A DNA stretch of 64,000 nt, from NCBI GenBank assembly GCA_965218555.1, contig OZ244625.1, positions 247,492-311,491 of the forward strand, read 5' to 3'. Of this stretch, positions 28,389-36,812 are shown piece after piece. Positions within the stretch are counted from its first letter, which is position 1. The number at the start of each line of letters is the position of its first letter. The stretch comes from Bryobacterales bacterium. Its GTDB lineage: Bacteria > Acidobacteriota > Terriglobia > Bryobacterales > UBA6623. The translations under genes and the position numbers were made by a program. Under the pieces are notes generated by a model. That model made no database searches. It saw only the letters and a list, made by a program, of their open reading frames with translations, and was not told the origin of the DNA.

Positions 28389-29858
28389 TCACAGCACTCC
28401 CCGCACGAAACCGCCGGTCGCGCGCACCCCATGCGAACCACGGTCGAAGTCGGGGGGGTTCCCTTGGTAGTACCGCTTGCGGACGGGCCGATAGTCGAAG
28501 ACCTCGACCGGCACGTCGGCGGCGCAGAGGCCCAGCGCCGCGGCCCAGGCGCGGTCGGCGTGGCTTTTTTCTGCGTGCCCTCCACCCTTTCCTTCGAAGC
28601 CGCCGTGCACGTCGAAGCGGACGTTGCCCGCCGGGGTGACGACCCGCCGCAGCGAGTGCAGATCGGCGCGGACCGCGGCGTCCACCGGTATCCGCAGCCG
28701 CCGGTCTTCGGCGTACTGCTTCAACAGCGTGGCCAGATGCTGCTTGGTGTCGGCGGTGAACAGCACGCCCTCGACGCGGCGGGCACCGTAGCGCCTCTTG
28801 GCTTCCTCGGTGGGCGCTTCACCCATGCCGGTCTGGTCCATCGCGATCCGCAACGGCCGGTAGCACGCCACCAATTCATCGAGCGCGGCGGCCTGGGCGG
28901 CGAACGAGGCCCGCCGCAGGGTGCGCACCTCGCTCGTCCACAGCACGTCGCCCACGCGCTCCCACACCCAGCCGACCCACAGGTCGCGGCGGGCCGCGAT
29001 GTCGTTGCCGATGAAGGCCGGTCCGCCCGTGAACCCTTGGGGATCGCCGGCGCGCTCGTGCTCGACGCCGGCCAACAGGTCGTACGGGAGCCAGGCGCTC
29101 GCCTCGTCGAGCCACTTCAACTCGTATTCCTGAGCCCAGGCGTCGGGGTCACCGAGGCCGCGCCGCAGCAGGTCCACGTCGCGCGGCAACCCCTCGGCGA
29201 CCGCCCGATGAATATCCACCACGTGCCGCGACCAGGGGTTTTTTTCCTCCGCGAGTTCCTCGGGGTCGGTCATCAGCTCATGGAACTTGTTCGCTTTGCC
29301 GTTGGGCGTCGAGACCACCCGGAGCTTGTGGCCGGCCGAGATCACCGGGAACAGCGCCGCCCAGATCTTGCGGCTGTCGGCGTGGAAGGCGAACTCGTCG
29401 AGCAGCACGTTGGCCGAGAAGCCGCGCGCCGTGTCGGGATGGGCCGGCAGGGCCGTGACGCGCGAGCCGCCCGCCAGCCTGACCTCCAGGGCCTTGACCT
29501 TGGCGCCCTCCAGGTAGTCGTTTTCAACATATTCGTAGGCCCTTTGGAGGGTCTGCAGATGCCGTTTGACGCCTTCTTCCATCGTTTCCCGCGCCTGCCG
29601 CTCGCCGCGCGAGAGGATCACCCAGCGCGCCGCGCCTATTTTTCTCCGCCCGCTCCGCTCGGCGTCCTCGGCGTCGATGCAATCGAGGACGATCTCGAGC
29701 GTGGCCGTGAAGGTCTTGCCGGTCTGGCGGGCGAACATGCCGGCCTTGAGGCGGCTGGTGTCCGCCAGCCAGCGCTGCTGGTAGGGATAGAGGACCGGGC
29801 TGCGGGCGGCGGGCGGGATTTTTCCTTCGTACGCGCTCCCAGGTGACTCAGACGCCAT
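28389..29858 (-). CDS. phage terminase large subunit (Mu gp28 / Terminase_6-like), intact
   Basis: ATG at 29858 (MASESPGS...). Walker A-like FARQTGKTFT and Walker B VLLDEFAF. C-terminal RNaseH-like nuclease acidic blocks are IGNDIAARRD, IAMDQTGMGE and SHADRAWAAAL. The ORF-track start at 30059 is rejected. Confidence 0.8.
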   Translation of the reverse strand: MASESPGSAYEGKIPPAARSPVLYPYQQRWLADTSRLKAGMFARQTGKTFTATLEIVLDCIDAEDAERSGRRKIGAARWVILSRGERQARETMEEGVKRHLQTLQRAYEYVENDYLEGAKVKALEVRLAGGSRVTALPAHPDTARGFSANVLLDEFAFHADSRKIWAALFPVISAGHKLRVVSTPNGKANKFHELMTDPEELAEEKNPWSRHVVDIHRAVAEGLPRDVDLLRRGLGDPDAWAQEYELKWLDEASAWLPYDLLAGVEHERAGDPQGFTGGPAFIGNDIAARRDLWVGWVWERVGDVLWTSEVRTLRRASFAAQAAALDELVACYRPLRIAMDQTGMGEAPTEEAKRRYGARRVEGVLFTADTKQHLATLLKQYAEDRRLRIPVDAAVRADLHSLRRVVTPAGNVRFDVHGGFEGKGGGHAEKSHADRAWAAALGLCAADVPVEVFDYRPVRKRYYQGNPPDFDRGSHGVRATGGFVRGVL

Positions 29859-30405
29859 AGATCTCCCGGATGATCTGGCGCACCCGCTCGGGGTCGCTGG
29901 CGGCGCGCTTGGCGTCCTTAGCCTTGGCGGCGGACTCCTCGGCGGCCTGGCGCTTGGACTCGCGATCACAGCGGAGGGCGATCTCTCTGGAACGCTCCAG
30001 GCGCTCCGCCACGAGGCTGATCCTGGCGACGCTCTCGATGACGCCGGGCATCGACTCATCGTCGATCTCGAGATCCTGGAGCCGGAAGCTGAGGTCGAAC
30101 ATCAGCCTACGCATCATCGCGGTGACGAGGTGGCCGAACTGCCCGTCGGGCACCGAGCCGAGCTTGTCGGCCCAGACCTCGGTGACCTGCCGTGATTGGA
30201 GCACCTGCTCGCAGGCCGCCCGTATCCGCTGGTCGTAGCGGTTGACGGCCTGCCGGCTGACACGCTCAGCCAGCCCCAGCTCGTCGAGCAGGGCGTTGGT
30301 CCGCTCCGTCGCCTCGGTCTGTGTGATGGCGGGGTCGCGCAACCAGCCGTGGAGCGCCTCGCGGACGTCGCTCGGGAGCCGCTCGATTCTGCTGGTCTGT
30401 GACAT
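29848..30405 (-). CDS. Mu gp27-like (DUF3486) small terminase subunit
   Basis: 185 aa. SRIERLPSDVREALHGWLRDPAITQTEATERTNALLDELGL...VSRQAVNRYDQRI matches the gp27-family N-terminal HTH region. 11-nt overlap with the TerL start. Confidence 0.65.
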   Translation of the reverse strand: MSQTSRIERLPSDVREALHGWLRDPAITQTEATERTNALLDELGLAERVSRQAVNRYDQRIRAACEQVLQSRQVTEVWADKLGSVPDGQFGHLVTAMMRRLMFDLSFRLQDLEIDDESMPGVIESVARISLVAERLERSREIALRCDRESKRQAAEESAAKAKDAKRAASDPERVRQIIREIYGV

Positions 30406-30431
30406 TTTTTCTACTCAGACCTCAAAAGGCC

Positions 30432-30554
30432 GTGATTCGTTCTCGGGTCTCGGGAAAACCCTTGGAAGTGGTCCGGTGTCGCTCAAGAAGGAAACGCCTG
30501 ACGGCCGGTGAACATTCCTTTCGTTTGCGCCACGGATCACGCATCACGAGACAC
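30432..30554 (+). repeat. family-2 repeat unit, copy right of the terminase pair
   Basis: Direct copy of 28185-28306, offset about 2241 bp. Ends with ATCACGAGACAC at 30543-30554. Confidence 0.75.
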
Positions 30555-30627
30555 GGCTTTCCTATCCACATGCTATGCAGGCCGGGCCGGGGAAACAAGA
30601 CTGAAGCCCTTCAGTACCAAAGGCCGG

Positions 30628-30767
30628 AAATCCGTGATTCGTGTCTCGTGTCTCGTGTTTCGGGAAAACCATAAAGCCCGTGATGCGGGCGGCGGCGGCT
30701 TCCGGCGAAAGGGCTATGGCTCGACGGGGGAGAAGCCGTGTCTCGAAAAATCCGTGATTCGTGTCTC
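30628..30767 (+). repeat. family-2 repeat cluster: identical 20-mers AAATCCGTGATTCGTGTCTC at both ends plus the right arm of the 28-nt inverted repeat
   Basis: 20-mers at 30628-30647 and 30748-30767. The right inverted-repeat arm CCGTGTCTCGAAAAATCCGTGATTCGTG is at 30736-30763. Confidence 0.75.
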
Positions 30768-30934
30768 ATAATGCACGGCGCTCGATCTCGTCCATCGAGC
30801 GGGGTTGTCCCTGTTGTACATCTTTCGTCAGCCGCTACGAAATCCCGAATCCGTCCGTCAGCCAGTACACCCGCCACCGTGCAACAGACCGGAACGCTTG
30901 TCAGACGGGTACCTGGGTATGATGGAGCAAATCG

Positions 30935-32260
30935 ATGGGAATCGTTCAATTCGAGGACGTCAGCAAGGTCTTCAAGACCTACCCGCACGGCTCCGACCGC
31001 CTCAAGGAGTTTCTGACGGCGGGCCGGCTTCGGCGTCACGAGAAGCATTGGGCGCTGCGAGACGTCTCGCTCGACATTCACGAGGGCGAGACGTTCTGCA
31101 TCGTGGGCGAGAACGGGTCCGGCAAGACAACCCTGCTCAAACTCATCGCCGGCATCTTGCGGCCCAGCAGCGGGACCGTACACGTCCACGGGCGCGTCGC
31201 AGCTCTGCTGGAGCTGGGGTCGGGGTTCAACCCGGAGTTCACCGGCCGTGAGAACGTCTTTCTCAATGGAACGATCCTGGGACTGACAACGCGAGAGATC
31301 GCGCAACGGCTTGATGACATCTTCGCCTTTGCGGAGTTGGGAAAGCACGTCGATCAGCCCTTGAAGACGTACTCCAGCGGGATGGTCATGCGGCTGGCGT
31401 TCTCGATCGCGGTGCAGGTCGACGCCGAGATCCTGATCGTGGACGAGGCGCTTTCGGTAGGGGACATCCGGTTTGCGCAACGCTGCATGCATAAGATCCA
31501 CGAACTGCGTGAGCGCGGCGTGACGATCATCTTCGTCAGCCACAACATCGGCGACGTCAAGGCCCTGGGCGACCGCACGCTGTGGCTCGAACAAGGCCGT
31601 ATCGCGAAGCTGGGTGATACGAAAGAGGTGGCGCTTGACTACATGGCGGCGCTGGTCAAGAAGGATGCGGTCTATCTGAGGGGTGAGCGGGCGCGCGGGC
31701 GCTCCGAAAGGCGTTTAGACCCACCGAAAGAAGTGATCACCTATCTTCCGAAAGATCCCAAGCGGCACGGGGACGGCCGCGGCGAGGTGCTGGGCATCAC
31801 GGTCGTGGATGAGCGGGGCCGGCCTCTCCAGGCGATGGTTCCTGGACAGAGGATTGTGGTGCGCATCAGCGTACGGGCCCGCCAAGAGGTGCGGCTGCCC
31901 ATCGTCGGCTGCCAACTGCGAAACGACCGGGGGATGGATTTTGCCGGCACCAATACCATCCAGGAAGATGTCGCTCTGCCCATCATGCAACCGGGCGATG
32001 TGATCACGGCGGACTTTCACCTTCACATGCCGGGCTTCGCGGCCGAGCACATTACGTTCACGCCGGCATTCGCCGAAGGCACCGTGACCGAGTTCGCGGT
32101 GTGCGACATTGTCGAGAACGCGCTGCGCCTGCCCGTGGGAAAAGAGGCATCGCCGGTAGAAGGCTTGTTGAGCATTCCGTTTCGCGCGGTGACCTATGGG
32201 AAAGTGTCGGCGCCGGCGGGGGAGGCCGTTGGGCAAGCGTCGGGTTCGAACTTGCGGTGA
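30935..32260 (+). CDS. Wzt/TagH-type polysaccharide-export ABC ATP-binding protein with C-terminal extra domain
   Basis: Walker A GENGSGKTT, LELGSGFNPEFTGRENV (family-specific), signature YSSGMVMRLAFS, Walker B ILIVDEALSVGD, and a ~190-aa C-terminal beta-rich domain. No Wzm permease is adjacent. Confidence 0.85.
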   Translation: MGIVQFEDVSKVFKTYPHGSDRLKEFLTAGRLRRHEKHWALRDVSLDIHEGETFCIVGENGSGKTTLLKLIAGILRPSSGTVHVHGRVAALLELGSGFNPEFTGRENVFLNGTILGLTTREIAQRLDDIFAFAELGKHVDQPLKTYSSGMVMRLAFSIAVQVDAEILIVDEALSVGDIRFAQRCMHKIHELRERGVTIIFVSHNIGDVKALGDRTLWLEQGRIAKLGDTKEVALDYMAALVKKDAVYLRGERARGRSERRLDPPKEVITYLPKDPKRHGDGRGEVLGITVVDERGRPLQAMVPGQRIVVRISVRARQEVRLPIVGCQLRNDRGMDFAGTNTIQEDVALPIMQPGDVITADFHLHMPGFAAEHITFTPAFAEGTVTEFAVCDIVENALRLPVGKEASPVEGLLSIPFRAVTYGKVSAPAGEAVGQASGSNLR

Positions 32261-32290
32261 GCAGCCGGGGCGGGTGGTGAGAAGCGCAGT

Positions 32291-33253
32291 CTAGCGGCGG
32301 GCGTGGAGAATGGTTCGCTCGTAGACAAAGCCCGACGGCCGCAGGATGCCCGAATGCCGGCCGGCGGCTTCGACTTCCCGGAAACCGAATTTGCCCAATA
32401 GTTCCTCGAGGCAGGCCTGGTTGGGCCACCACCAGGAAATGTCATCGATCGCGGGATCGTCGCCCCCGACGTAGAGCATGGCCGGACGCTCATCCGTCGT
32501 CTCGGGGACAAACTGGGAAAGAACGAGCGTCCCCGTGCAAAGGGGAACGACAGCGGCCAGAGCTAGCAGCGGATGGAGCGTGTGCAGCAGCACGTCGCCG
32601 ATGAACACCAGGTCGAAATCCGCTCCACCGAGCCTTTCGGGAGTCAGGTCGTAGACGCTGGCATAGCAGCGGTCGACTTCCGCATTCAGGCGCTCCCGGC
32701 AGAAGCGGAAAGGACCGTCGAGCAGTAAGTCGTAGTACTCGGCGGCGCGGTCGGCGGCGGGCTTCTTCGGGCCGGTCCATTCGCGGGTGGGATCGAGCAT
32801 GTGCTCGATCTTGTCGATGGACTGCTCAACGGTTTGGCCGGGAAACCGGTCCAGGGATTCGAGAGAAGGCAGCTCCACCGAAGTGACCTGAGCGCCCCGC
32901 CTTGCGAATTCGAACGTGAAGAACCCGGTCGCGGAGCCGACGTCGAGAACGCGCATGCCGGTCATTTCCTCGGGGAACGTGAAGCGCTCGAGGCTGCCGC
33001 GAAAATCGTAGAGCCCGGGCGTTACGAGACCGTCGCCGAGATCGATGACGTGGTACCAGTAGTAGCGCGTGGCTTCATCGAGGCCAAGCGCCCGGAGACG
33101 TTCGTTGAAACGGCGCGTTTCGTTGAGGTAGTCGGCCGCGATGCGTTGCTGCTCTTCCGGCTGAAGTTGCTGAACCATGACGAACTTCCGAGTGTACAAC
33201 GCCCGTGCTCGCAGGGAAGCGTTAGCCTGCCGACCAAACCAACGTCGCGCCAT
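32291..33253 (-). CDS. class I SAM-dependent methyltransferase
   Basis: Motif I MRVLDVGSATGFFTFEFARRGAQVTSVE. Post-I acidic region FDLVFIGDVLLH. Confidence 0.8.
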   Translation of the reverse strand: MARRWFGRQANASLRARALYTRKFVMVQQLQPEEQQRIAADYLNETRRFNERLRALGLDEATRYYWYHVIDLGDGLVTPGLYDFRGSLERFTFPEEMTGMRVLDVGSATGFFTFEFARRGAQVTSVELPSLESLDRFPGQTVEQSIDKIEHMLDPTREWTGPKKPAADRAAEYYDLLLDGPFRFCRERLNAEVDRCYASVYDLTPERLGGADFDLVFIGDVLLHTLHPLLALAAVVPLCTGTLVLSQFVPETTDERPAMLYVGGDDPAIDDISWWWPNQACLEELLGKFGFREVEAAGRHSGILRPSGFVYERTILHARR

Positions 33254-33365
33254 GCTTCAGCGGAAGGTAGAGATCGAGGATCGACCAAGTCAAAACCGCA
33301 CAGACGCTACTCCGAATCCGGCATCACCCGAGCCATTCATCCAAGGTGTGTCGAGAATGAGGAAT

Positions 33366-33443
33366 TGGCGTCCCCAGCGGGATTTGAACCCGCGTTGCCG
33401 CCGTGAAAGGGCGGTGTCCTAGGCCTGGCTAGACGATGGGGAC
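33366..33443 (-). tRNA. tRNA-Glu (anticodon UUC), CCA encoded
   Basis: The minus strand reads GTCCCCATCGTCTAGCCAGGCCTAGGACACCGCCCTTTCACGGCGGCAACGCGGGTTCAAATCCCGCTGGGGACGCCA. It has a 7-bp acceptor stem, anticodon loop CUUUCAC and T-loop GGTTCAAAT. Confidence 0.93.
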
Positions 33444-33786
33444 GCGGTGGGACCTGCTGCGGAGGGTTGCTGCTCGTCTCAGTCTATCGGCGCTTCGAGT
33501 GGGCGTCAACAAGCCACTCGGAAGTGCTCCGGAACCCCGGTGTCCGTCTCATGTCGATTGATTCATAGGCTAGAGGGGTCCGGATATGGCATGTCTTCGA
33601 GCGGTACGTGCTGCGCTAGCAGGTTGGCGCTCACGAAAACGCAGGACGGAAGGGACGGACCGAAGCACGAATGTTCTCTTGCCTTATACCGTCTTTGTTC
33701 ACAACCGTGTCGGCCTCGTTTAATAAATCTCTTCTTCTTATCACCCCGTTCCCGTATTGCCTCCCGCGTAGTCAGTGTCGGATCGT

Positions 33787-34098
33787 CTATGCTCCGACAC
33801 TGAGCCTGCCCTGTCGCTGTGACCGCGGCTCTCGAATGACGATCTCCACGTCACGCCCCAGCGCCGTCAACAGGCGCAAAAGGCGCTCCACGGAATACTC
33901 CCGAAGGTTTCCCCGCAGGAGGCGCGAAACGTCTGGTTGGGACAGTCCGAGCAGCTTCGCCGCGTCGACCTGCTTGAGTCCGCGCTGGCGAATGATCTTG
34001 TCGATGCGGGTGACGAGGTCCGCTTTCAAGAGGTGAGCCTCGGCGTCCGGGCGCGCCAGGTCCGCGAACACGTTTTCGCTGCCACGTTCGATCTTCAT
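33787..34098 (-). CDS. XRE-family HTH protein (HigA/antitoxin-like)
   Basis: 103 aa. SENVFADL...AHLLKADLVTRIDKIIRQRGLKQVDAAKLLGLSQPDVSRLLRGNLREYSVERLLRLLTALG is a typical Cro/C1 HTH of TA antitoxins. The stop is embedded in a 10-bp-stem hairpin (33773-33802). Confidence 0.8.
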   Translation of the reverse strand: MKIERGSENVFADLARPDAEAHLLKADLVTRIDKIIRQRGLKQVDAAKLLGLSQPDVSRLLRGNLREYSVERLLRLLTALGRDVEIVIREPRSQRQGRLSVGA

Positions 34099-34251
34099 TT
34101 TTTTGTAGTGGTTTCACCATAGTAGTACTAGCGTCCTTCTGACGGCAGGTGAGCCGACGCAGCCTGAATTGCGGGTTCCGTTGAAGGTGAACGCTCATCG
34201 GAGCAAAGCGACGAGTGTCGGTGTCAGTCCCCTTCCATCTCAGTGTTCACA

Positions 34252-34300
34252 ACCGGGCCGGTGAAGAAAGTCCACTCTGCCCCGTCCGTCCGCCGCGCGG
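34252..34300 (+). repeat. 49-bp direct repeat, left copy (flanks the R-M cassette)
   Basis: ACCGGGCCGGTGAAGAAAGTCCACTCTGCCCCGTCCGTCCGCCGCGCGG matches 37474-37522 at 47 of 49 positions. Confidence 0.85.
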
Positions 34301-34505
34301 CTACGCCGAGCAATGAGGCCGAGGGTAGGGCAGACGCTCCATGCATGACTTCATGTCAGTGGTGAGCGGCCGGTCTTCCCTTCCCTCGCTGCCCACGAAT
34401 CACTGAACCATTCCCCTCCGATTGGTATACAATTTTGTTGTCCCAGTTCCGATCGGAGAGCCTTAGCGCTGCGATGCTTCCCTTTTCGGCGGTTCTAGGA
34501 TGTGA

Positions 34506-35939
34506 ATGCTATCGCCCGTCGCCGGCCACACCCCAAGACCTATTTGCGAGCGAGCCGGATCCCGTGCTGTTGTACGATCGAGGGTGCGAACGATTGACCT
34601 GAGTACGGCCGTGACGACCGCTCCAGCAACGCGAACCAGCACCCGAAGCAAGCCGGAACGGAACCGGCTCAGGCCTGAAGATCGTGCCGTTCACGACTGG
34701 TACCGCTTTGTTCTCTCTTTCCCGTCGCACCTCGTGCGCGACTACGTCGGCGTATTGGGGGTCGATTCGACGCAAAGGGTGCTCGATCCGTTCTGCGGCA
34801 CAGGGACGACGCTGGTCGAGTGCAAGAAGCTCGGCATCCCGAGCGTCGGGATCGAGCGCAATCCCATGGCCGAGTTCGCGAGCCGCACCAAGCTGGACTG
34901 GAGCGTCGATCCGGACGCGCTAGTTTCCCACGCCGAGCAGATTGCCGCCCAGGCATTCGAGCGGTTCCAGGATCAAGGAATTGACGACCTGGGGGTGGCG
35001 CCCCTGTTCCAGGCGAACGCCCCTCGAATCACCGAACTCCGGACATTGCCCCTAGACCGCCAGAGCCTTCTGCTGAAGAACTCGATCAGTCCGCTGCCGC
35101 TTCACAAGACGCTCCTGCTGCTTGACATACTGGAGCAACAGCACGATGAAACCGTTTACCAGCATGAGCGACTCGCGCTCGCCGCGGCGCTGGTCTCAGA
35201 AATCGGCAACCTGCATTTCGGCCCGGAGGTCGGTGTCGGACGAATCCAGGAGGACGCGCCCGTCATCGGCCCGTGGCTGGACCGCGTAAGAACGATGGGC
35301 CGTGATCTCGCGACGTTGCGGAAGCAAGCCGCGACCGACGCCACTGTCCACTTCGCGGACTCGCGCCGATTGGAAGAATTCCTGGAGCCATCGTCCATCG
35401 ACGCAGTCATCACCTCCCCGCCGTATCCCAACGAGAAGGACTACACGCGAACGACCCGGCTCGAAAGCGTATTGCTGGGTTTCGTCCGGGACAAGCGGGA
35501 TCTGCGCGGCTTGAAGCAAGGACTCGTCCGGTCGAATACGCGAAGCGTCTACAAGGCGGATGCCGACGACGCTCTCGTCGCCCAACATGAGGGCATTCAG
35601 CGCATCGCGGGGCTCATCGAAGAGCGCCGGATCGAACAGGGCAAGACTTCCGGTTTCGAACGGCAGTACGCGAGAGTCACGAAGCTGTACTTCGGTGGCA
35701 TGATCCGGCACCTGGCCAGCCTCAGGAGCCGGTTGCGACCGGGCGCGAGGCTTGCGTACGTCGTCGGTGACCAGGCATCGTACCTGCGGGTCATGATCAG
35801 AACCGGGCAGATCCTGGGAGAGCTGGCGCAAACCCTCGGCTACGAGCTGACGGCTATCGACCTGTTCAGGACACGGATCGCCACGGCTAGCCGACAGCAC
35901 CTGCGCGAAGAGGTCGTGCGGCTCCGCTGGCCCGGCTGA
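34506..35939 (+). CDS. site-specific DNA methyltransferase (N6-adenine or N4-cytosine; motif I before motif IV)
   Basis: Motif I VLDPFCGTGTTLVECKKLG is followed about 200 aa later by motif IV VITSPPYPNEKDY. The start is uncertain (ATG 34506 or GTG 34611). Confidence 0.8.
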   Translation: MLSPVAGHTPRPICERAGSRAVVRSRVRTIDLSTAVTTAPATRTSTRSKPERNRLRPEDRAVHDWYRFVLSFPSHLVRDYVGVLGVDSTQRVLDPFCGTGTTLVECKKLGIPSVGIERNPMAEFASRTKLDWSVDPDALVSHAEQIAAQAFERFQDQGIDDLGVAPLFQANAPRITELRTLPLDRQSLLLKNSISPLPLHKTLLLLDILEQQHDETVYQHERLALAAALVSEIGNLHFGPEVGVGRIQEDAPVIGPWLDRVRTMGRDLATLRKQAATDATVHFADSRRLEEFLEPSSIDAVITSPPYPNEKDYTRTTRLESVLLGFVRDKRDLRGLKQGLVRSNTRSVYKADADDALVAQHEGIQRIAGLIEERRIEQGKTSGFERQYARVTKLYFGGMIRHLASLRSRLRPGARLAYVVGDQASYLRVMIRTGQILGELAQTLGYELTAIDLFRTRIATASRQHLREEVVRLRWPG

Positions 35940-35966
35940 GCGGCACATCTGACACCTCCGCTCACC

Positions 35967-36759
35967 ATGTCCAAGTCGAATGTGTACGCCACGATCATTG
36001 AAGAGATCTTCGTTTCGAAGTTCGAGACAGGAATGACGCGGGTCGACTTCGAGAGATCCGATATCACCGCAGAGGCTGAGCGGCGAGGCCTTCCTCGTCC
36101 GAGCAATGTTGGAGATGTCGTGTATAGCGCACGGTATCGAATGCCGCAGCCGGCGTCCGTTCAAGCCACCGCCACGGCAGGCTACGAGTGGACCATCCGC
36201 GGTACTGGGCAGGGCCGATACAGCTTTGTACTGATCAAGCCAATTCACTTAGCGCCCAACGAGCAGATGGCCGCCACCAAAGTTCCGGACGCCACGCCAG
36301 GTGTCGTCGCGATGTATGCGCTCGGAGATGAGCAGGCCCTGTTGGCGAAAGTGCGGTACAACCGCTTGATCGACATCTTCATGGGCATCACGTGCTACTC
36401 GTTGCAGAACCACCTGCGGACATCGGTACCCAACATCGGACAGGGTAGAGACGGACGAATTGTACGTGGGAGTCGACACAAAAGGCTGTCAATACGTCAT
36501 ACCGGTACAGGCCAAGGGCGGACGTGACGCATTGAACATCGTCCAAATCGAGCAAGACATGGCTTTGTGCGAATCCAAGTTCCCGAACCTGGTCTGCCGT
36601 CCGGTGGCGGCGCAGTTCATGCCTGACGATGTGATCGCACTTTTCGCATTCGAGAGAATCGAAGGCGAGGCAAAGATACTGATGGAGCGACATTATAAGC
36701 TGGTCGATGCGGACCAACTTACGGCGGAAGACCTGGCTGCGTACCGTAGACGAACGTAA
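35967..36759 (+). pseudogene. putative type II restriction endonuclease, interrupted by a 1-nt frameshift near 36442-36446
   Basis: ORF 35967-36527 and ORF 36460-36759 join as ...LRTSVPNIGQ|VETDELYVGVDTKGCQYVIPVQAKGGRD if one G of CAGGG is removed. D-E...QAK resembles a PD-(D/E)xK core. It lies 28 nt downstream of the methylase. Confidence 0.5.
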
Positions 36760-36812
36760 CTTGAGTTCGGCGCCGTGGACACGGACCATCAGCAGTACAG
36801 GGGCCTTCTGAC

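Noticed and set aside
28091-28585. N-terminal 165-aa extension of the DUF58 ORF (ORF-track start 28585)
   Set aside because: The extension runs through family-2 repeats and the 10-bp tandem repeat and overlaps the TerL 3' end. The DUF58 homology only begins after the ATG at 28090.
28203-29846. Long plus-strand ORFs (28203-29846, 27038-28213) and other long antisense ORFs such as 5868-7019(-), 9644-11527(-), 37748-39253(+), 42228-43577(-), 40920-41774(+), 13887-15113(-)
   Set aside because: These are shadow ORFs typical of GC-rich DNA. They lie opposite genes with clear family motifs, have Arg/Ala/Gly/Pro-rich low-complexity translations and carry no recognisable motifs.
28389-30405. Calling the terminase region a prophage
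   Set aside because: Only two phage-type genes are present. No portal, capsid, tail, lysis, integrase or transposase genes occur within at least 25 kb on either side. It is treated as an orphan module instead.
33366-33443. A classical tRNA-integrated island with attL/attR and an integrase
   Set aside because: No integrase gene and no second copy of the tRNA 3' end was noticed by eye on either side. The idea is kept only as a hypothesis needing an exhaustive repeat search.
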